This document shows, in pieces, positions 59,617 through 64,000 of a stretch of DNA of 64,000 nt. The notes below the pieces were generated by a model that saw nothing but the letters and a program-made list of their open reading frames with translations, was not told where the DNA came from and made no database searches. A program made the translations under genes and the position numbers. The stretch is from Nitrospirota bacterium (GTDB lineage: Bacteria; Nitrospirota; UBA9217): the NCBI GenBank assembly GCA_020052615.1, contig JAGVOT010000128.1:72250-136249 (forward strand), read 5' to 3'. Positions within the stretch are counted from its first letter, which is position 1. Each line of letters begins with the position of its first letter.

Positions 59617-60429
59617 ATGCGGATATTGAGATCCTTCAGCATATGCACTGCCCTGGCGGCAGTGCTGTCCCTTTCCTCCGCTGCCCCGGCGGCTGCGGCA
59701 GATCCCCCGTCACAGCCGGCGGAGATCGACTGCAATAAATGCCACGCCGGCCTCACGGTCAGGATCAAGGTCGTCCATGCCGCCGTCCAGATGGGATGCC
59801 CGTCGTGTCATACAGGCATTGCCGAAGCGAACAAGGTGCCCCACAAGAAGACCAATACGATCACCAGGGGCCTGTCGGCGGAACAGCCCGACCTCTGCTA
59901 CGGCTGCCATGACAAAGCCAAGTTCTCGAAAAAGACCGTGCATGCCGCCGTCGGAATGGGTTGTACGGGCTGTCACAACCCGCACGCGTCGAATAACGGC
60001 AAGCTGCTTGTTGCCCCGGCTCCCGACCTCTGCTTCAACTGTCATGATAAGGCGGATTTCTCCCGGAAGAACGTCCACGCGCCCGTGGCGGGCGGTATGT
60101 GCCTGTCATGCCATGATCCCCACTCTTCCGACGATCCGGGTTTGCTCACCAAGGCGCTCTATTCCGTCTGCTTCGATTGTCACGACGGAGTCAGCAAGCA
60201 GCCCCACGCGATCGCCGGTTTTTCCCAGAAGGGCCACCCCATCGGACTTCCCAAGAAGGCGCGAAAAGGAAAAAAAGAGAGGCTGACGGACGTAAAGGAC
60301 CCCAATCGGGAGGGCAAGCTGTTCTCCTGCGCCAGCTGCCATAATCCGCACAGTTCGGACAACGTAAAGCTCTTCCGGTACCCGGCAAAAAGGGCCATGG
60401 ACCTCTGCTCGAACTGTCACAAGTATTGA
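59617..60429 (+). CDS. Periplasmic multihaem c-type cytochrome
   Basis: Signal peptide MRILRSFSICTALAAVLSLSSAAPAAAA. At least nine CxxCH motifs (CNKCH, CPSCH, CYGCH, CTGCH, CFNCH, CLSCH, CFDCH, CASCH, CSNCH). GGAGG RBS. Confidence 0.8.
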   Translation: MRILRSFSICTALAAVLSLSSAAPAAAADPPSQPAEIDCNKCHAGLTVRIKVVHAAVQMGCPSCHTGIAEANKVPHKKTNTITRGLSAEQPDLCYGCHDKAKFSKKTVHAAVGMGCTGCHNPHASNNGKLLVAPAPDLCFNCHDKADFSRKNVHAPVAGGMCLSCHDPHSSDDPGLLTKALYSVCFDCHDGVSKQPHAIAGFSQKGHPIGLPKKARKGKKERLTDVKDPNREGKLFSCASCHNPHSSDNVKLFRYPAKRAMDLCSNCHKY

Positions 60430-60460
60430 TCGGTCGTGAGGCCGGGCAAGACAGGTTATT

Positions 60461-61096
60461 ATGACCAACCGGGAAAAGATCAGCATCATTACGAAGCGGC
60501 TGAAGAAGGAATACTCGGGCACTCCGTTGACCGCCCTGCGGTTCTCAACGCCCTTCGAACTGATGGTGGCCACGATCCTTTCAGCCCAGACCACCGACGT
60601 CCAGGTGAACAAGATCACGCCGGGCCTGTTCAAGAAGTACACAAGCATGGAAGCCTTCGCCAAGGCGAAGCCGGAGCAGATCGCGAAAGACATCAATTCC
60701 GTCAATTTCTTCAACAACAAGGCAAAGAGCATCCACAAGGCCGCAGTCATGCTCCTGGAATCCTTCGGCGGCACGGTCCCCCGCACCATGGAAGAGCTCG
60801 TCACCCTGCCCGGCGTAGCGCGCAAGACCGCGAACATCGTCCTTTCCAGCGCCTTCGGGATCAACGAAGGCATCGCCGTCGACACCCATGTGAAAAGACT
60901 TGCCTTTCTCCTCGGCCTCACGAAGCACACCGACCCCGTCAAGATCGAGCAGGACCTGATGGCCATGGTCCCGCAGAAGGAATGGGGCAACTTCTCCCAC
61001 CTGCTGATCTACCACGGCAGGGCCGTCTGCCAGGCCCGGAAGCCGCAGCACGACAAATGCGTGCTCTTCGATATCTGCCCCTCCCGAAATATCTGA
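60461..61096 (+). CDS. nth: Endonuclease III (DNA glycosylase/AP lyase)
   Basis: ...LPGVARKTANIVL... HhH-GPD motif. C-terminal C-x6-C-x2-C-x5-C 4Fe-4S cluster loop. Confidence 0.9.
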   Translation: MTNREKISIITKRLKKEYSGTPLTALRFSTPFELMVATILSAQTTDVQVNKITPGLFKKYTSMEAFAKAKPEQIAKDINSVNFFNNKAKSIHKAAVMLLESFGGTVPRTMEELVTLPGVARKTANIVLSSAFGINEGIAVDTHVKRLAFLLGLTKHTDPVKIEQDLMAMVPQKEWGNFSHLLIYHGRAVCQARKPQHDKCVLFDICPSRNI

Positions 61097-61317
61097 TAAT
61101 CCAGTCATAGAAAATCTACGGAAAGCATATGTTCTCGCAAAGACGCCAAGCTCGCAAAGAAAGACCAATGTAATGGCAGTTTAGCCAAGTTAAAAGATTT
61201 CCTTTGCGTACTTTGCGGCTTTGCGAGAGACGCCCTTTGACCTTATCCTTTTCGTTCAGCTTTACGCCGTCCAGGTGTATAGTACAGCAGTAGTACAGCA
61301 GTAATATTTCCAGCGAG

Positions 61318-61926
61318 GTGTTATCCATGTCTCAGAACGAAAAACCGCTTCCCAAGCCACCGTCAACACCCTTCACCCGCAAGAGGGCCGGTCAGCACAA
61401 CGATGAGCAGGAGCCCCTCACGGCCGATCGTATGGCCCAGGCGATGGCGGAAGGCAAGCTCGATGAGTTCCTCCAGCAGGAGATGCCCGACAACGAAGCC
61501 GCCAGAAAGATGGCCGCCATGATGATGGGAATGACGGGGATGATGCCGATGGGAGGCCCGCAAATGACTCCGCCAGTTCCATCTCCGGAACAACTGTCGC
61601 CTGAAATGCTCGCGGCAGAGCAGATATCTCCACCGGGAGAGGTGCCTGAGGATGTGAGAAGGGCCATCGGAAGCGGAGATGTCAAAGGTCTCAAGGAACT
61701 GCTTCGACGGGAATATCTCAAGCGAACGCCCGGAGCAACGTTCGAAGCGGGCGAAGAAGCCGCTGCGCCACCGCCATCTCAGCCGTCCGGCATGCCGACT
61801 ATCGACAAGGAATTGATCGACGCAATGATCGAGATAGCGAAGGAAAACAGCGTCACGATGGACTGGCTGATCCTGAGGGCCATCAAGGTCTATGTTGAGG
61901 AGTACCGGAAGACGGGGAAGCTGTGA
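61318..61926 (+). CDS. Hypothetical Pro/Met-rich protein with a C-terminal ribbon-helix-helix-like segment
   Basis: C-terminus TIDKELIDAMIEIAKENSVTMDWLILRAIKVYVEEY resembles CopG/RHH DNA-binding folds. Confidence 0.4.
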   Translation: MLSMSQNEKPLPKPPSTPFTRKRAGQHNDEQEPLTADRMAQAMAEGKLDEFLQQEMPDNEAARKMAAMMMGMTGMMPMGGPQMTPPVPSPEQLSPEMLAAEQISPPGEVPEDVRRAIGSGDVKGLKELLRREYLKRTPGATFEAGEEAAAPPPSQPSGMPTIDKELIDAMIEIAKENSVTMDWLILRAIKVYVEEYRKTGKL

Positions 61927-62021
61927 CTCCAGGAAGTGAATGTCTAGGTTTTAACGCTGATAAATTTAGGCTTGCAATCAGTTCTCTGTTCAGATAAATT
62001 TATTAACAGAGGAGATTAAGT

Positions 62022-62222
62022 ATGAAGATTGATATCGAGAAAGAGGATGACGGGCGCTGGATCGCCGAAGTTTCCGATCTCCCTGGCGTTTTGGCTTACG
62101 GAAAGACCCGTGAAGAGGCCATCGCCAAGGTTGAAGCGCTTGCTCTACGAGTGATCGCGGACCGAATAGACCATGGCGAAACCATCCCGGAACTCGATGA
62201 ACTCTTCGCGGTCCCTGCATGA
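62022..62222 (+). CDS. hicB: HicB-family type II antitoxin
   Basis: MKIDIEKEDDGRWIAEVSDLPGVLAYGKTREEAIAKVEALAL matches the UPF0150/HicB-like fold. Overlaps hicA by 4 nt. Confidence 0.7.
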   Translation: MKIDIEKEDDGRWIAEVSDLPGVLAYGKTREEAIAKVEALALRVIADRIDHGETIPELDELFAVPA

Positions 62223-62434
62223 GCCAATGGCCTTCCACGAAAGCCCGCACCGTACTTGCCGCTCTTCTTCATATCGGCTGGTCAATCAAACGAGAGACAG
62301 CCGGTTCCCACCGAGTTCTTTCACGGCCAGGATGGCCTGACTACGTATTCGCCTTTCACGATGGAATAGAAATCGGCCCCCGTATGCTTGCCCGTATTGC
62401 GAAGAAGACGGGCCTCCGCCCTGACGACCTTTGA
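62219..62434 (+). CDS. hicA: HicA-family mRNA interferase toxin
   Basis: ...KARTVLAALLHIGWSIKRETAGSHRVLSRPGW...AFHDGIEIGPRMLARIAKKTGL matches the HicA/YcfA pattern (GW...GSH...H...G). Confidence 0.75.
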   Translation: MSQWPSTKARTVLAALLHIGWSIKRETAGSHRVLSRPGWPDYVFAFHDGIEIGPRMLARIAKKTGLRPDDL

Positions 62435-62650
62435 CTCAGTGGTGAAGAGCGCGACATCCCTTATGTCGGAGTAGTGAGTCCGCCTCAAGTTCGTAGGTTG
62501 GGCAAAACGGTTCATCTTGTACAAATGGTTACAGTAGAATCTGTTGTGCGGAGCAGAACTGCTTAATCTACTAGCTGTAACTGTGTTCTGGCATGTGCCT
62601 TGCTAAACTCGATAATACCGGGTTAGCTTACATATACAAAGGAAGATATT

Positions 62651-63340
62651 ATGGATGATGCCCGTCGTTTTCTTCGCTATGTCTTGCCCGGAGTTGCTTT
62701 TGCGATCCAGACATGCATACTGCTTGCTCTATTACGGCCCGACCTGATTCCTACAGCGCTCAGTTTATTTGGCAAAGAGTCGGCTTTAGGTGCTGTGGTA
62801 GGTGCTCTTTTTGTAACGGGCGGCCTCGGTTACCTATTTAGCGTCATCCACCACACAATTCACTGGCGTCAGTCTGCCTCAACGATCGACCATAGAGAGA
62901 ATATCAAACGTCTAGCGGCAGAAGGCTTGATTCAGCCGAAAGATGTGCCCAACAAGATGAACCGCGAAGATGCCTGGGTACTCACCTCAATTCTTTGGTA
63001 TGAAAATAGGACAGAAAATAAGCTCATCGAAGGCGCAGATGAAAACGCGCGCACATTGACCGATTTAGCCCACATGCTTGGAACTACCAGAGTGGCTAGT
63101 GCGCTTGCGCTCATTTTCGCCTATATCATTGCAGCCGCAATGAGCAGTTTCTCGTTAGAAATCGAACCGATTCTTCGCTTCTTTGCCGCTTTAGTTCTTG
63201 GTCTTTTCGTGTATTGGGTTACTAGCGCCAGCTATCAGCGCACATCGCGTTTTGCGAATAGGGTTATTGATGGAGTTCTCTATAATGCCCTGCAGTATGC
63301 AAAACAAAGCCCCGGTCCAGATAAAGGGAAAAGTCCATAA
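62651..63340 (+). CDS. Hypothetical membrane protein
   Basis: 229-aa ORF with several hydrophobic helices (VLPGVAFAIQTCILLALL, ALGAVVGALFVTGGLGYLFSVI, ALALIFAYIIAAAM, FFAALVLGLFVYWV). Confidence 0.5.
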   Translation: MDDARRFLRYVLPGVAFAIQTCILLALLRPDLIPTALSLFGKESALGAVVGALFVTGGLGYLFSVIHHTIHWRQSASTIDHRENIKRLAAEGLIQPKDVPNKMNREDAWVLTSILWYENRTENKLIEGADENARTLTDLAHMLGTTRVASALALIFAYIIAAAMSSFSLEIEPILRFFAALVLGLFVYWVTSASYQRTSRFANRVIDGVLYNALQYAKQSPGPDKGKSP

Positions 63341-63440
63341 TTATCTGAGTTGGATCATTAGGCCTAACCACGCCGTCGAGAGGGTCGCTAAAAACGCGCC
63401 CCTCACGGCGGCGTTGAAGGTGTAGGAAAAGTCATTTTGG

Positions 63441-63470
63441 GGAACAGCTAGGGGGAACAGCTAGGGGACG
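63441..63470. repeat. 13-bp tandem repeat (GGGGAACAGCTAG x2.3) and a nearby REP-like imperfect palindrome upstream of the RAYT gene
   Basis: ggggaacagctag ggggaacagctag ggga. Also ACGCCGTCGAGAGGG...CCCTCACGGCGGCGT (13/15 complementary) at about 63,368–63,412. Confidence 0.4.
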
Positions 63471-63523
63471 TTGTTGCTATTTAATACTTCTTGACAACTT
63501 TACGGTTTTTACTATACTGCCCT

Positions 63524-64000
63524 CATGCCCCGCCAAGCCCGACTCGACGCACCAGGTGCCCTTCACCATATCATGGTTCGGGGCATCGACAAAACCGACA
63601 TCTTCAGAGACGATCAGGATAGAACGCTCTTCCTTAATCGGCTCGGGCTCACTGTCAATGTCGGCGATAACGCCGTATACGCCTGGGCGCTGATGCGGAA
63701 TCATGTACACCTCCTCTTCAGGAGCGGCAAGAGCGGCATTTCCGGCACCATGAGGAAGCTCCTGACCTGGTATGCACAGTACTTCAACCGCCGACACAAG
63801 AGAACGGGTCACCTGTTTGAGAACAGGTATAAGTCCATTCTTTGTGACGAAGACAATTGCCTCCTCGCCCTCGTTCGCTACATTCACCTCAATCCCTTGC
63901 GGGTAAAAGTCGTTAAAACCATCGAGGAGCTTGACCGTTATTCATGGACAGGACATCAAACGATCATCGGCAGAGCAAAACATCCCTGGATGGACGTGGA
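63524..64000 (+). mobile_element. REP-associated tyrosine transposase (RAYT / IS200-like Y1 HUH transposase), 3'-partial at the window edge
   Basis: My own translation from the ATG at 63,524 (this ORF is not in the supplied track because it has no stop inside the window) gives MPRQARLDAPGALHHIMVRGIDK...NHVHLLF (HUH motif) ...HLFENRYKSILCDEDNCLLALVRYIHLNPL (RAYT W-x-R-Y...YI-x-x-NP motif with the catalytic Tyr). Confidence 0.75.

Noticed and set aside
63477-63887. 136-aa minus-strand ORF at the window's right end
   Set aside because: It is antisense to the plus-strand RAYT transposase reading frame, which carries the HUH and catalytic Tyr motifs.

Overview
This 64 kb window splits into two parts. 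The left ~38 kb (about 300–37,900) is a mosaic of anti-phage/anti-plasmid defence genes, toxin–antitoxin modules and mobility genes. The right part (38,000–64,000) is GC-rich housekeeping sequence and ends in a partial REP-associated tyrosine transposase gene.

Defence side, in order:
- VapBC toxin–antitoxin pair.
- NERD-domain superfamily-1 helicase.
- AT-rich cassette (2,967–8,061, minus strand) holding a small class-III nucleotidyl-cyclase-like protein, a small membrane protein, a PD-(D/E)XK-like protein and a SEC-C-motif protein, plus an embedded GC-rich palindromic element.
- TIR-domain protein with an unrecognised N-terminal domain.
- Gabija system (gajA/gajB).
- GC-rich AddAB-type helicase–nuclease pair and an HD-domain hydrolase; these look like core genome.
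- Integrase with excisionase-like HTH genes and a frameshifted Cas4-like nuclease.
- Complete Wadjet system (jetABCD).
- Truncated MazG-like gene.
- Second, larger class-III cyclase overlapping a small three-helix membrane protein (Pycsar-like, non-canonical).
- LRAT-like/WYL-regulator operon.
- AbiEi/AbiEii pair in which the toxin carries a C-terminal WYL domain and a Zn-ribbon.

The island ends at an initiator tRNA-fMet gene (minus strand), next to an 11-bp tandem repeat. A partial WYL-regulator homologue at the left edge of the window mirrors the one at 33.9 kb.

Housekeeping side: an Ig-like secreted protein, thiL, lon, galU, an MCE-family (MlaD-like) gene with mlaF/mlaE, alr, a CBS-domain protein, an NAD-dependent formate dehydrogenase operon (NuoE-like, NuoF-like, and a selenocysteine-containing FdhA with in-frame UGA and a SECIS-like hairpin), rubrerythrin, a PLD-family cardiolipin synthase, OsmC, a multihaem cytochrome c, nth, and a HicBA pair.

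The most interesting candidates for undescribed biology are the two cyclase-centred cassettes, the TIR protein, and the AbiEii–WYL fusion.
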